This document shows positions 19,264 to 29,045 of a DNA stretch of 64,000 nt, one piece after another. The stretch comes from a virus. The first letter of the stretch is position 1. Every line of letters begins with the position of its first letter. The notes under the pieces are model-generated. The model did not search any database. It saw nothing but the letters and a program-made list of their open reading frames with translations, and was not told where the DNA came from. Made by a program: the position numbers and the translations under genes. The stretch lies in the IMG/VR virus record IMGVR_UViG_3300001533_003144, positions 1 through 64,000 of that record; one strand, given 5' to 3'.

Positions 19264-20424
19264 ATGGCTAGTCAGACAGTAGATCTTAGAAAACTTTTTT
19301 TACCCTCTAAGAAAGACTGGTGTTTTGTTGATGCCGACTGGGCACAGGTAGAGAACCGTATTGGTGCTATTCTTACAGGAGAAACTTTTCTGTTAGAAGC
19401 TTTTGAAAGGGGTGAGGATATATATAAAAAGGTTTATTCTCAAATGTTTGGTGTTTCTTTAGATTCTGTTACCAAAGAACAGAGACAAGTAGGAAAGTCT
19501 CTTGTTTTGGGTCAGAACTATGATATGACTTATGTAGGACTATCTACTGCTTTAGGGTGTTCTGAGGTTCAGGCTAAAGAGTATGTGCAGCAGTATAAAG
19601 ATTCTCATCCTATGACTCAAATAGCAAAACAAAGTCTTATGGATTTTTGTAGGTCTAACGGGTATATAAAGACACATTTCGGTAGGATTCGCTATATTAA
19701 GGATATAAATTCTACCGATAAGACCCTTCGGTCTATGGCAGAGCGAGAGGTTTGGAATACCTATATTCAGGGGACAGCTTTGGATATTTTGAAAATATCT
19801 TTAATTAGGTTGGATGGTCTTATTAAAAAGGAAGAGAGGGTAGCTCGAATAGTTTTACCCGTACACGATGAGATTTTGTGTGAAGCCTCTGTTATTGAGG
19901 AAGATATTTGGGATGTATATTTGCTAATTAAAAGGGCAATGGAAGTTGAGTTGAAGGGAGTCAAATTACCAGTTGAAGGGGAATTTGGTTGGTCTTTCGG
20001 AGGTCTGTATCCTTCTTTTGAGCTCTTTGTAGAAAACTCTCCTAAAGAGTATCAAAAGAGGCTATTAGAATCTTCTTACTTTAAGCAAAGGGTTGAGGAA
20101 GATGTTCCGGAAAAGGATATTCCTGAGATTAAAGAGTCCTTCGTTGAAAAGGATGTTCCTGATGAAGAGCAAAAAGAAGAGGCTGTCAGGGTAGTTGAAA
20201 CTGATTATCAGTTACCTGCTTTTGTTAAGTATATAGATAAGGCGGCTGAGGTTCCTCTGGATTTCCTTCTCAAGGTAGCCGATTATAAGGATCCTTTCGG
20301 GTATTGTGTTTATTTTGTGGTTTCTCCTGATAATGCTACTTACAAACTGCCTTATAAGGTTAGGGCGGAATTTAAGTTGGTTTTAGAAAAACTTCAGGGA
20401 AAATTGGAGTTATTGTCTGTTTAA
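19264..20424 (+). CDS. family A DNA polymerase, C-terminal half (palm/fingers) plus C-terminal extension
   Basis: Motif A DADWAQVENR, motif B RQVGKSLVLGQNY, NTYIQGTA, motif C VHDEI. Confidence 0.92.
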   Translation: MASQTVDLRKLFLPSKKDWCFVDADWAQVENRIGAILTGETFLLEAFERGEDIYKKVYSQMFGVSLDSVTKEQRQVGKSLVLGQNYDMTYVGLSTALGCSEVQAKEYVQQYKDSHPMTQIAKQSLMDFCRSNGYIKTHFGRIRYIKDINSTDKTLRSMAEREVWNTYIQGTALDILKISLIRLDGLIKKEERVARIVLPVHDEILCEASVIEEDIWDVYLLIKRAMEVELKGVKLPVEGEFGWSFGGLYPSFELFVENSPKEYQKRLLESSYFKQRVEEDVPEKDIPEIKESFVEKDVPDEEQKEEAVRVVETDYQLPAFVKYIDKAAEVPLDFLLKVADYKDPFGYCVYFVVSPDNATYKLPYKVRAEFKLVLEKLQGKLELLSV

Positions 20425-21032
20425 TGGGGTGTTATATGTGTTATTTAAAAAGAGTGGAAGAGTTTTTGGTTAAAAAAGAACCAAAAAAAGAGGGGATGTT
20501 AAAGGGGCTTTTAGCCTTACCTGAAATATCTTTAACAAAAGACATTTCTTTACTCACTTCTTTACTTATTAGGGTAAGGCAGTATCTTAATTTGGCGGTA
20601 CAGTTGTATCGTAATGTGGAGATGTTGCAAAGTTCTGTTAAGGTATTTTATTCGGACTTGGATTACATCTTAACCGAAAACAAGATTAAATGCTTATCAG
20701 ATCCTGAGTGGGTTAAGGTAAACCTTCTACCTAAGATGTCTAAGGAGGAGAGGGAAATGAACGCTCGAATGTATAATAAGGATTTATCTGATGCTCTACA
20801 TAGGCTTGATATGTTTTCTGTAAGTGTAGATAGTTTAAAACGGGCTATCTACAACAAAAAAGAAGATCTTGAAAGGGTGAGGAAAGACCTTACTGCAATG
20901 GTCTGGGGTGTCCGGACAGAGGAGCTTCTTAATAATCGGGTAGCTCCGGAAGATCGGGAGAGGGTTAAGGAGTTTCTCTCAACAGGAATAAAAGGTGTGG
21001 ATGATTACCTTAATATGAATAAAAGGAAGTAG
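20424..21032 (+). CDS. helical protein, possibly recombination mediator (UvsY-like)
   Basis: Coiled-coil character, position before SSB; function is a guess. Confidence 0.4.
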   Translation: MGCYMCYLKRVEEFLVKKEPKKEGMLKGLLALPEISLTKDISLLTSLLIRVRQYLNLAVQLYRNVEMLQSSVKVFYSDLDYILTENKIKCLSDPEWVKVNLLPKMSKEEREMNARMYNKDLSDALHRLDMFSVSVDSLKRAIYNKKEDLERVRKDLTAMVWGVRTEELLNNRVAPEDRERVKEFLSTGIKGVDDYLNMNKRK

Positions 21033-21041
21033 GGGGGTACT

Positions 21042-21713
21042 ATGAGTTTATACGCCAAGTTTAAGCCGGGTGACAGGTTTGCAATACTTAGTTCGGTTTT
21101 TTATTGTGTTAAAGTTCATTTTATTAAGTCGGAGAGGAAATTTATTCAGTGCTTAGCACCTGACCGGTGCTTTCTCTGTGAAAAGAATTTTAAGAAATGG
21201 GATCGTTTTGGTGCTTTTGTTTATGATTATCAGGAGACAAACCCTCAATTCAGGATAAAAGGGTTTGTACATCAATCAGAGATACTTAATAAATACTTTT
21301 ACTCTATTGCAATAAATTCCGGGTTACAGTCTCTGGATTATATTTACGGACTTAAAAAGAGTAAGTCCGGGACAGAGTATATTCATATTGAAACGGTAAA
21401 AGACTCCTTACCTTTATGGTATCAAAAAAAGCCTGATGAAGTAAAAAAGTTGTGGGAAGATTTTGAGGAAGAGGATATAAAAGATCTTATTGGTAGGCAT
21501 CTTATTTATTCGGCTCAGGTGGCATTTATTGATCAGATAAATAAAGTTGAAAGGGGTGAGGAACCCGTTCCGGTTAAAAATGCTGTTAGCCAGTTCTTAG
21601 CCTCTCCCACTAAACCGGGAAATAGTCCTTCTCAAGGTAAAGGCAATAAGCCGAAGGAGGGTGAGTTTAGTTCTAACCGAGCTTTTAGTGGAATACCTGA
21701 TGATCTTATGTAG
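21042..21713 (+). CDS. gp32-like single-stranded DNA-binding protein
   Basis: VHF...C....CFLC Zn motif, flexible tail ending DDLM. Confidence 0.6.
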   Translation: MSLYAKFKPGDRFAILSSVFYCVKVHFIKSERKFIQCLAPDRCFLCEKNFKKWDRFGAFVYDYQETNPQFRIKGFVHQSEILNKYFYSIAINSGLQSLDYIYGLKKSKSGTEYIHIETVKDSLPLWYQKKPDEVKKLWEDFEEEDIKDLIGRHLIYSAQVAFIDQINKVERGEEPVPVKNAVSQFLASPTKPGNSPSQGKGNKPKEGEFSSNRAFSGIPDDLM

Positions 21714-21721
21714 AGGGTACT

Positions 21722-22165
21722 ATGTCTATTTATTTGGAAGCTAAAAAGAGTGGGGTGTTAAACCCTGAACCGGGGCAGCCTAAGATTAAAGTTAAAGGGT
21801 TTGTTCTTCCTTTTGATAACTATTCCTTATTATGGTCTGCTGTTGAGGGTTGTAGGGCTTTAGTTTTTATAGACAGTTATAATTGGGTTTATTTTAAGAG
21901 ATTTGAATTGTTCGAGTTTATTTTAGAGATACGAGATCTCAATATAGGTCTTACCGTGTTAAAGGGTCTCCCTATAGGTTCTTTTGACACTTTAATAATA
22001 GACTCTACGGATAGTATGGTTGGGGACATCGTCCCTTTGTATGAGTTTTGTGTGTGTAATAACATTAACCTTTTCTTTGTTTTAGGGGTAACTCAAAATA
22101 AAAGGTTTTTCAGGTATAATGTCTTTTTTCAAAACACCTTAGACGAGGTTATTGAGCCATGTTAA
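21722..22165 (+). CDS. hypothetical protein, possible degenerate RecA-fold fragment
   Basis: VFIDS and LIIDS strands, no Walker A. Confidence 0.4.
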   Translation: MSIYLEAKKSGVLNPEPGQPKIKVKGFVLPFDNYSLLWSAVEGCRALVFIDSYNWVYFKRFELFEFILEIRDLNIGLTVLKGLPIGSFDTLIIDSTDSMVGDIVPLYEFCVCNNINLFFVLGVTQNKRFFRYNVFFQNTLDEVIEPC

Positions 22166-22172
22166 AACTCGT

Positions 22173-22183
22173 TCCGTATTATA
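22173..22183 (+). promoter_or_regulatory. phage promoter motif class A, copy 4
   Basis: AAACTCGTTCCGTATTATAT, 20 bp identical to copy 5. Confidence 0.8.
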
Positions 22184-22211
22184 TAGGTGAGACTTTTTTG
22201 GAGGTTGTCTT

Positions 22212-23543
22212 ATGTTAAAACGGGTTATTATTAAAAACTTTCAGTCCATTAAAAAGGCTGAGGTAGATATGAATCATCCTGTGGTTGTTATAACAGGACA
22301 TACCGATGAAGGGAAATCTGCTTTTTTGAGGGCAATTAAGAATGCGGTTTTTGATGGGGTTGGTGGTGGTTTTTTCCGGAAAGAGTTGGATACCGAGTCT
22401 GGGAAAACCAAAACAACTTCTTCTATGTCTGTTGAAGTGGAAACAGACAGGGGTAAGGTGGAGTGGCTTAAAAGTAAAACAGATGCTACTTATGTAATTA
22501 ATAGCACGGATAGAAGAGAAAACTGTGGTAGGGTTATTCCGGAAGATGTACCTAAAGCATTGGGTTTAACTTCTGTATCTTCTTTAGGGGAGAATTTGCA
22601 TTATAGGTCACAGTTTGATGCGGCTTTCCTGTTGAATGATAGGGGAGGTAAGGACTGCTACCGTTTTATTTCAAGGTTGATGGGGGCTGATGTTGTAATT
22701 GAATCAGTGGCTGCTCTTGAGAAAAACAGCCGGGAACTTGCTAAAGATGTTAAGGCTTTTGAAAAGAATTTAGAAAAGGCTCAAGAACACCTAGATAAGT
22801 ATTTCAGTGTAGAAGATTTACAGCAGATGGAGGTACAGGTTCAGGGTGTCTTATCTGATCAAACGGAATTAAGTGTTTTACGAGTTCGGAAGGAGTTCTT
22901 GGAGAATTTAATCCTGTTGTCTGAAGAGTTCTATAAAATAACAAAAAACCTTAAAAAGGGGGAAGAGAAATTTACCCGTTTAAACGGCCTTGCTATGTTT
23001 GTGGAAACCTCTTTAGAAGACATGGTTGTTTTAAGTAGTCACTTAAAGCTCTTACAGTCTATGAAAGAAACGGGTCAGTTAGTTTCTGAGATGGGTGGGA
23101 GGCTTCAGAAAGCTTCCTGGATAGAAGCTTTTGATATAGAAGAACTGTCTAAGGACTTAGAACATCAAGAGACATATAGCCATCATATAGATACTCTGGA
23201 GAATGTTTTACAGAAACATAAAGAGATAGAAGCTATTGAATTCGTAAAGGTTCCTCCCGTCAATGAAATTGAAGCCCTTTTTGGTTCTTTGGAGTTAGAA
23301 CAGGGTAAGTACGCTTCTTTATTAGGTATAGGAGAGACTGGAGCGTATCTTAATACGGTTGTTTGTGAGATAGGGCAGAAAGAGAAAGAGATTCGTGAGC
23401 TTGAGAAATGTCTTCCGGTAAAAATGAGTTCTGGTGATTACTGTGTTTCTCACGGTGACGAAAGCATTACAGTATCTTTGGTGGGGGATTTGTATGTTCC
23501 TGACTTAAAAGGGTTTAAGATAAAGGAGGGTTGCTGTGAATAG
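22212..23543 (+). CDS. SbcC/Rad50-like ATPase, N-terminal half + coiled coil
   Basis: IKNFQS, Walker A GHTDEGKS, Q-loop SQFD. Confidence 0.85.
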   Translation: MLKRVIIKNFQSIKKAEVDMNHPVVVITGHTDEGKSAFLRAIKNAVFDGVGGGFFRKELDTESGKTKTTSSMSVEVETDRGKVEWLKSKTDATYVINSTDRRENCGRVIPEDVPKALGLTSVSSLGENLHYRSQFDAAFLLNDRGGKDCYRFISRLMGADVVIESVAALEKNSRELAKDVKAFEKNLEKAQEHLDKYFSVEDLQQMEVQVQGVLSDQTELSVLRVRKEFLENLILLSEEFYKITKNLKKGEEKFTRLNGLAMFVETSLEDMVVLSSHLKLLQSMKETGQLVSEMGGRLQKASWIEAFDIEELSKDLEHQETYSHHIDTLENVLQKHKEIEAIEFVKVPPVNEIEALFGSLELEQGKYASLLGIGETGAYLNTVVCEIGQKEKEIRELEKCLPVKMSSGDYCVSHGDESITVSLVGDLYVPDLKGFKIKEGCCE

Positions 23544-24483
23544 AATTGCCGTTGTAGGAGATCTTCATTTGTCTATGGGGACTGAGACACGAGACTTGCC
23601 TGTGTTGGATACTATAGCAAAACTGGAGTATATTAGGGATTATTGCGTATCTAACGAGGTTAGGTTATTACTTCTTTTAGGGGATTTCTGGGACAACCTA
23701 AATCAGTATTTTCCTGCTTCTTTAATTCGTAAGATTGCTGATATATTGTCGGATTTTAGTCGGGTGTTCTTTCTTATGGGTAATCACGATTACCATAAAT
23801 CTTTAGGGCTGGATTGGAAAGATGAGCCTATAGGCATCTTAATGGGGCTTGTTCCTGGGATGTCTTTATTGACAGAAGAGGCTATTGGAAAATATACCCT
23901 TATAGGTAAGAATTGGAAAAAAGATTATGATCGTAACCTTCTTTCGGATTTTGAATGTCCCAAAGGATATAATCCTGATAACACGGTTATAGCTGTCCAC
24001 GCTTATCTGTTACCTAAGTCAGAAAATGTTATGATGAAGTTTCATCAGTTGGAGGATATTGAAAATCCTGTTAATACTTATATGGTAGGGCACTATCATA
24101 AAAGGCTGGGTTATGTTAAGACACAAAACACTAAAGCAATTATACCGGGATCGTTGACTCGGATAAAGAGTTCTGAGGATCATATTCCTGCAACATATGT
24201 TATGGATATGGACTCTGATGATTTGTTTGGTTCTTGTGTTTGTTTAGAAATACCTGCTAGAGATGGTAATACTGTTTTTAAGGATATGTCTGAAGAAAAA
24301 CACATTAAGAGGTTGAATGAAGATATAAAGGATTTTGTCAAGACACTTAATAGGGAGACCAAAGTAATGACCCGTGACGATTTTTTTGATGCTTTTGCCG
24401 AGATCTCCGCTTTGGATTTTCCGGAAGAAAACATTAAGTTGAATAAGTATGCTAACCATATTTTAGATACGAACGAAATTTAG
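23536..24483 (+). CDS. SbcD/Mre11-like metallophosphoesterase nuclease
   Basis: GDLH, LGDFWD, GNHD, GHYH, PGS. Confidence 0.9.
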   Translation: MNRIAVVGDLHLSMGTETRDLPVLDTIAKLEYIRDYCVSNEVRLLLLLGDFWDNLNQYFPASLIRKIADILSDFSRVFFLMGNHDYHKSLGLDWKDEPIGILMGLVPGMSLLTEEAIGKYTLIGKNWKKDYDRNLLSDFECPKGYNPDNTVIAVHAYLLPKSENVMMKFHQLEDIENPVNTYMVGHYHKRLGYVKTQNTKAIIPGSLTRIKSSEDHIPATYVMDMDSDDLFGSCVCLEIPARDGNTVFKDMSEEKHIKRLNEDIKDFVKTLNRETKVMTRDDFFDAFAEISALDFPEENIKLNKYANHILDTNEI

Positions 24484-24493
24484 GAGGATTATT

Positions 24494-24805
24494 ATGGAAA
24501 ATGTTTTAGGTCTGGATGCTGCAAAAATCTCTGTAGCTGAAAGAGTTAAAGAGGTTGTGGGGCAGCATAAAAAGGCTCAGGAAGCCATTTCAAAGCTCCG
24601 GACAACTAAAGAGGTTAAGGAAGAGGAACTTAATTCTCTCCTTAAAAAGTATTCTGATACTTATGGGGAGACTGTTAAGATAGAGCAGGTCCCTGATAAG
24701 TTGCAGGAGTTGAAAACAAAAATATCCGAAAAGGAGGCTAAAATACTTAAAGCCTGTGATGAGTTCAAAGAAAAATGGGAAGGGGGAGACTCTAATGAAA
24801 ATTAA
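24494..24805 (+). CDS. coiled-coil protein (possible SbcC arm segment)
   Basis: Heptad-rich; lies between SbcC halves. Confidence 0.55.
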   Translation: MENVLGLDAAKISVAERVKEVVGQHKKAQEAISKLRTTKEVKEEELNSLLKKYSDTYGETVKIEQVPDKLQELKTKISEKEAKILKACDEFKEKWEGGDSNEN

Positions 24806-25871
24806 AAATATCGAAAGACTTTCAAAAATTAAACAGAAATCTAAGTTGGCGGAGTTTGGTTGTTGTTTTAATGGTAAAGAGTTTTTCTTTTTTAACATCG
24901 GTGTCTATGAATGGGTCTGTGTTATGGACTATGAAGAGGATGAGTTTCCTTTAAAAAAGGGGACACTTTTTCTTGATATGGATTCTTTGCGGCAGATCTC
25001 CGAGATATTTATTGAGGGGGATGTTGTGCTGTATCGTAAAGATAATTCTTTATATGTAGAGCAAGGTACCCAGAAATTTGTTATGGCAATTAAAGAAGAG
25101 ATTGTTGAAAGTGTGCAGTTACCTAATACTAACAGTGGCAAGCCTTTTGTAAAAATGGGTAAAATAGGTCAGGAGGTCTATAATCTTACAAAAATACCTT
25201 TTAAAGGTACGGTGGGTTTTGAGACTTTATTAAACCTTAACGAAGATGTTGCTGTAAGGATGTCAAACTCTTTTGTAGCTCTAACTCGTAAGGTTGCTTG
25301 GGATTATTTTCCTCCGGAAAAGCGTTTGTTTATTGAGTCCGAGGTTGTAAGGTATCTTGAGGGGGCTACTTTATTGTATAATGGCTATTGCTTTAAACTT
25401 GAGGCCGATGGGGTTTCGGTTGTGCTTCCTAAATCAGAGCCGATTGACAACTATGATCATAAAGAAGCTTTCCGTAACTTTAAAGAGGAGACTTTTAAGG
25501 ACCATATTCAGATCCAGACCAAGCAGGTTGTAGGGGTTACGGATCTGGTATCCAAATTGTTTTCAGATAAGCCTACTTTATCAGGGCTTAAATTTACTAC
25601 AACCGAGACAGGGCTAAAGGTAGAGTGCGGAGACAGTGTGGCTCTTTTTTCTCATTTTATTGAGTGTGATCATCAGTTGCTGCCTGAATTTATTTTCCAT
25701 GTAAACTCAAAGACCCTTTCTAATTTGAAATATGTTGATGCTGAGGTGATGTTTATAAGGTTCTGTTTCAGAGATGAAAAGCCTATTCAGGCGGTGTTCT
25801 TTTCTGACTTGGACAAAGGTTATGAATTGTCAGAAGCTGTTTGTATGGTAGCTATACAAAATATGTCTTAG
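24756..25871 (+). CDS. sliding clamp (DnaN/beta)-like protein (likely start ATG 24795)
   Basis: ~360 aa beta-rich repeating architecture (FHVNSKTL..L....V.FIRF....PI); clamp-loader genes in same genome. Confidence 0.5.
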   Translation: MMSSKKNGKGETLMKIKNIERLSKIKQKSKLAEFGCCFNGKEFFFFNIGVYEWVCVMDYEEDEFPLKKGTLFLDMDSLRQISEIFIEGDVVLYRKDNSLYVEQGTQKFVMAIKEEIVESVQLPNTNSGKPFVKMGKIGQEVYNLTKIPFKGTVGFETLLNLNEDVAVRMSNSFVALTRKVAWDYFPPEKRLFIESEVVRYLEGATLLYNGYCFKLEADGVSVVLPKSEPIDNYDHKEAFRNFKEETFKDHIQIQTKQVVGVTDLVSKLFSDKPTLSGLKFTTTETGLKVECGDSVALFSHFIECDHQLLPEFIFHVNSKTLSNLKYVDAEVMFIRFCFRDEKPIQAVFFSDLDKGYELSEAVCMVAIQNMS

Positions 25872-25881
25872 GAGTTGTATT

Positions 25882-26508
25882 ATGTTGGATAAAAAAGTGT
25901 CTGAGCTTTCCGAATTATTGCAGGGATATAAAGCTACTCGTTTAGAGCGTATTAGTCAGGTTGAGTATTGTCAAAAGGTCCTTGCTACGACTAAGGAAGA
26001 GTTAATATTGTCGGATAAAGCCGTTGTTGTTGCTAGGTCGGTGTATGATACTCGTGTAGCTTCTTTTTTTAGTGATTTGGAGAGCCTGGTGTCCACAGGT
26101 TTGTCAAAAGTGTTCAGCCGGGACTATCAGTTCAAGATTGACTATCAATCGTCAGGTACGAAGTTTTTGTTGGCTTCCGAAGAGACTGGTGGGGAGTATG
26201 TAGGGATACTATCCTCACATGGAGGGGGTATCGTTCAGGTTATATCCTTTATTTTACAGGTATATGCTATGCAGTTCTCTTCTGCTGACAAGGTAATAAT
26301 GTTTGACGAGCCTTTTGCTCAGGTAAGTTCCGGGTATTTTAAGGAGCGACTGGCTCAGCTTATAATAGAACTGTGTGATCAGTTTAATTATCAATTCATT
26401 CTAGTCACTCACGATACCGAGTTGCTGGAGTTCCTTTTGGAGAATCCCTCCGTTAAAAACTACAAGGTCAGTTTGAAAGAAAACCAGACTATACTGGTCT
26501 CTGCCTGA
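25882..26508 (+). CDS. SbcC/Rad50-like ATPase, C-terminal half
   Basis: Signature HGGG, Walker B IMFDEP, H-loop LVTHD. Confidence 0.85.
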   Translation: MLDKKVSELSELLQGYKATRLERISQVEYCQKVLATTKEELILSDKAVVVARSVYDTRVASFFSDLESLVSTGLSKVFSRDYQFKIDYQSSGTKFLLASEETGGEYVGILSSHGGGIVQVISFILQVYAMQFSSADKVIMFDEPFAQVSSGYFKERLAQLIIELCDQFNYQFILVTHDTELLEFLLENPSVKNYKVSLKENQTILVSA

Positions 26509-26515
26509 AACTCGT

Positions 26516-26526
26516 TCCGTATTATA
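26516..26526 (+). promoter_or_regulatory. phage promoter motif class A, copy 5
   Basis: TCCGTATTATA, intergenic. Confidence 0.8.
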
Positions 26527-26539
26527 TTATAGAGAACTT

Positions 26540-26947
26540 TTGGGGGTTGTTTTGTTGTTTACTCGTATAATGTTTGAGGAACGGTTAAAACTTTTGCAAT
26601 TTAAACCTCGTTTACTTATTCGTAAAGGTAGCTTTGTCGGGGTTTTCAGGTACAAACGAGGGACAAAGAGGTGTATCTTAACTTTTAAGATCACCAAATC
26701 TCCTTATGAGGTTTATACGGAATTTGATGTAGCGGATTCCGGTGTGTATTACCTTAATAATGTGCCTCAGTATGAACAGGCTTTAATAGAGGCTGATGAG
26801 GTGCATATAATACCTTCCGGGTACGATCTTCGCTTAAAAGAACATCGGAAACTTTTAAAAGGTTCTTTAGGTGGGGATCATCGGTCGGTACAGGTTAGGT
26901 TATTTAGATTGGCTCCCTTGGATTTTAATTTTAGATTTGAGTGGTGA
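26540..26947 (+). CDS. hypothetical protein
   Basis: ORF after class A motif. Confidence 0.55.
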   Translation: MGVVLLFTRIMFEERLKLLQFKPRLLIRKGSFVGVFRYKRGTKRCILTFKITKSPYEVYTEFDVADSGVYYLNNVPQYEQALIEADEVHIIPSGYDLRLKEHRKLLKGSLGGDHRSVQVRLFRLAPLDFNFRFEW

Positions 26948-27843
26948 TCGAGATGATTTTATTTTTAAGGCCTAAAGAAGTTTTATCTTGGATAGTACCG
27001 GGATATGTTCATCCTTATGAGAACTGTTTAATACATAAACACTCTTGTGAGGTACTGTATCTTGAAGATGTTATCTCTGACTTTTCTCTCTTATCCAAGG
27101 TGGAACATATTTATGCTCTTTCTGCTATTCCTGTTTTACAGACGGGATCCGAGTTTTGGTCGTTGGTAAGTAAAAAAAATATACCTGTGAGTTGCTGGAA
27201 AGAGACATTACCCTTGTTGAGGGGCTTGGTAAATGTTGTTCCTATAGGAGTTACTTCAGATTTAATAATAGAATCGGCTTCTTTAGAAAAACATAGATTT
27301 AATCAGTTTCGTGCAGATGCAAGTGCCGATTATCCCTCAATACTTAGGAACGCCTACATATACTCACAGTATATTGTGTTTAAGCCGGTCGGAGTAACTT
27401 TTATGGATATTATTCCGGAAAATGTTATTACCTTTTCCGAGGATGGTTGGTCTCCTGATCGGGGATATTTCATAGGTACTTTTGATATGTTTTATCGTAA
27501 CTTCTTACCCCAGCTTCAGGAGAAATCTGTAGGGGTTCAGAAGATTAAGGCTTATATCTCGTTTTTCCCTGAGATAACTCAGATAGATTCCAAGAAAGGT
27601 GTTTTAGATCGGTATTTTGAGGTTATGGATTCTGTAAAAAAGAGTTTAAAGCTAAATCTATATTTTTCCGGGTATGGTTCTGAGATCTCTTATTTTCTTA
27701 ATTTTCGGATGAAAGGTGTTAAGGTTGAGGTCTCCGATGATTTTCATTATCGTGTTCAGGAGGCTCGTTTAAAGGTTATGTGTTCAAGGACATTCCCAGA
27801 CAGGCTGCCTGTAACAAAAACTTTTTTATTGCGGGGGAAGTGA
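26941..27843 (+). CDS. hypothetical protein
   Basis: 300-aa ORF in operon. Confidence 0.6.
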   Translation: MVIEMILFLRPKEVLSWIVPGYVHPYENCLIHKHSCEVLYLEDVISDFSLLSKVEHIYALSAIPVLQTGSEFWSLVSKKNIPVSCWKETLPLLRGLVNVVPIGVTSDLIIESASLEKHRFNQFRADASADYPSILRNAYIYSQYIVFKPVGVTFMDIIPENVITFSEDGWSPDRGYFIGTFDMFYRNFLPQLQEKSVGVQKIKAYISFFPEITQIDSKKGVLDRYFEVMDSVKKSLKLNLYFSGYGSEISYFLNFRMKGVKVEVSDDFHYRVQEARLKVMCSRTFPDRLPVTKTFLLRGK

Positions 27844-28370
27844 TGTATTTATTTCAAATTGAGTGGAGAGATAAAGGGCTGTCAGGGTATCAGCAAAACA
27901 CTTTATTGCGAGCTTTCTTATACAATTTAAAGACGAGAGAATTTCATCATCTGTTCCCTAGGGTAGGTAGAACAGATATTACTTATGTTTCGATAGACAT
28001 AGATCTGACTTTGGAGGAGATCCCACCCGTGAGGAAGCTTGTCCTTTTAAAGAAGGTGAAAGAATTTGTAACCCATTTCAGGGTAGTTGGGGTTCCTAAA
28101 GATGTGAAGTATATTGAAAATTTGTATAAGTTTGAGGGAGGGGATTCAAGGAATCTTACTAAATTTCAACTGCTTAATTCCCCCTTTAAGTCAGTATGGA
28201 TTAGTATTAATGAAGGGTATAAAAACAAGAGGCTTACTTTAGATATACGAAAGTTCGTAAAGCTTATTAAGTTGCGTAAAGATAGTGTGGTTGTGGAGAT
28301 CCCTCCGTATGTGTCTGTTTCCGAAATGTTGTTTTATATGAAAATAAAAAAATGGGGTGTTTTAGTATGA
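27780..28370 (+). CDS. hypothetical protein (likely start ATG 27843)
   Basis: TGATG coupling to upstream gene. Confidence 0.55.
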   Translation: MFKDIPRQAACNKNFFIAGEVMYLFQIEWRDKGLSGYQQNTLLRAFLYNLKTREFHHLFPRVGRTDITYVSIDIDLTLEEIPPVRKLVLLKKVKEFVTHFRVVGVPKDVKYIENLYKFEGGDSRNLTKFQLLNSPFKSVWISINEGYKNKRLTLDIRKFVKLIKLRKDSVVVEIPPYVSVSEMLFYMKIKKWGVLV

Positions 28371-28624
28371 GTAAAAAATGGCAAGCATGGGAGATAGATT
28401 TACTTATGTCAGATGTGCCTTGTAATATGGTTGCAGAAAAAACTGGCAGGAGTCTTACTTCCATATATAAAAAGAAAGAAAGGCTTGGAAAAACCTCTCC
28501 TACACAGAGCAAGCCTTTAGAAGTTCCTGATGTGCGTGTCTGTCTTAATGCTCGTAACGAGTTAATTATTGTTATTAAAAAAGAAGTTAAAGAGAAGGTA
28601 GTTATCAAATTTAAGGGGGTGTAA
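28352..28624 (+). CDS. small HTH DNA-binding protein
   Basis: KKWQAWEIDLL...VAEKTGRSLTSIYKKKERLG. Confidence 0.65.
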   Translation: MGCFSMSKKWQAWEIDLLMSDVPCNMVAEKTGRSLTSIYKKKERLGKTSPTQSKPLEVPDVRVCLNARNELIIVIKKEVKEKVVIKFKGV

Positions 28625-28625
28625 G

Positions 28626-28787
28626 ATGTTTTTTAGTGCCATGACCTGGGTATGCCTGTGTTTGGCTGTTTTGTCGTCTTTTTTGGGAGTGTCCGCTGCA
28701 GTGCCTTGTACTTTTGTTGTTATGGCTATTCTTGCCAGAATTGAGGGGAGATTGGAAAAGGTTCAGGAATCTTTAAAGGAGAAGTAG
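28626..28787 (+). CDS. 53-aa membrane protein (not in ORF track)
   Basis: MFFSAMTWVCLCLAVLSSFLGV...; fills the gap exactly. Confidence 0.55.
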   Translation: MFFSAMTWVCLCLAVLSSFLGVSAAVPCTFVVMAILARIEGRLEKVQESLKEK

Positions 28788-29045
28788 ATGAGAAACCTAT
28801 TTAATGATAATGAGCTTGGGTGGATAGAAGAGTCTGCTGAGTTTTTATCTTCAGAGGATCTTAGTGCTGTCTTGGGCCGTCCCGTAAGTTCTGTGAGGGT
28901 AAAACTTACTCGTATGGGTAAGCTTTTTAATCCGAATCTTTTAAAATTAAATCAGATTAAGGATGTTACTATTGAAGAGGATGAAGGTAAAATAGTTATA
29001 AATGTTGCTCGGTTTAAAGGTGCTTTAAAGGTTGTTGTAGTATGA
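28788..29045 (+). CDS. small HTH DNA-binding protein, paralog of 28352
   Basis: FNDNELGWI...LSAVLGRPVSSVRVKLTRMG. Confidence 0.65.
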   Translation: MRNLFNDNELGWIEESAEFLSSEDLSAVLGRPVSSVRVKLTRMGKLFNPNLLKLNQIKDVTIEEDEGKIVINVARFKGALKVVVV

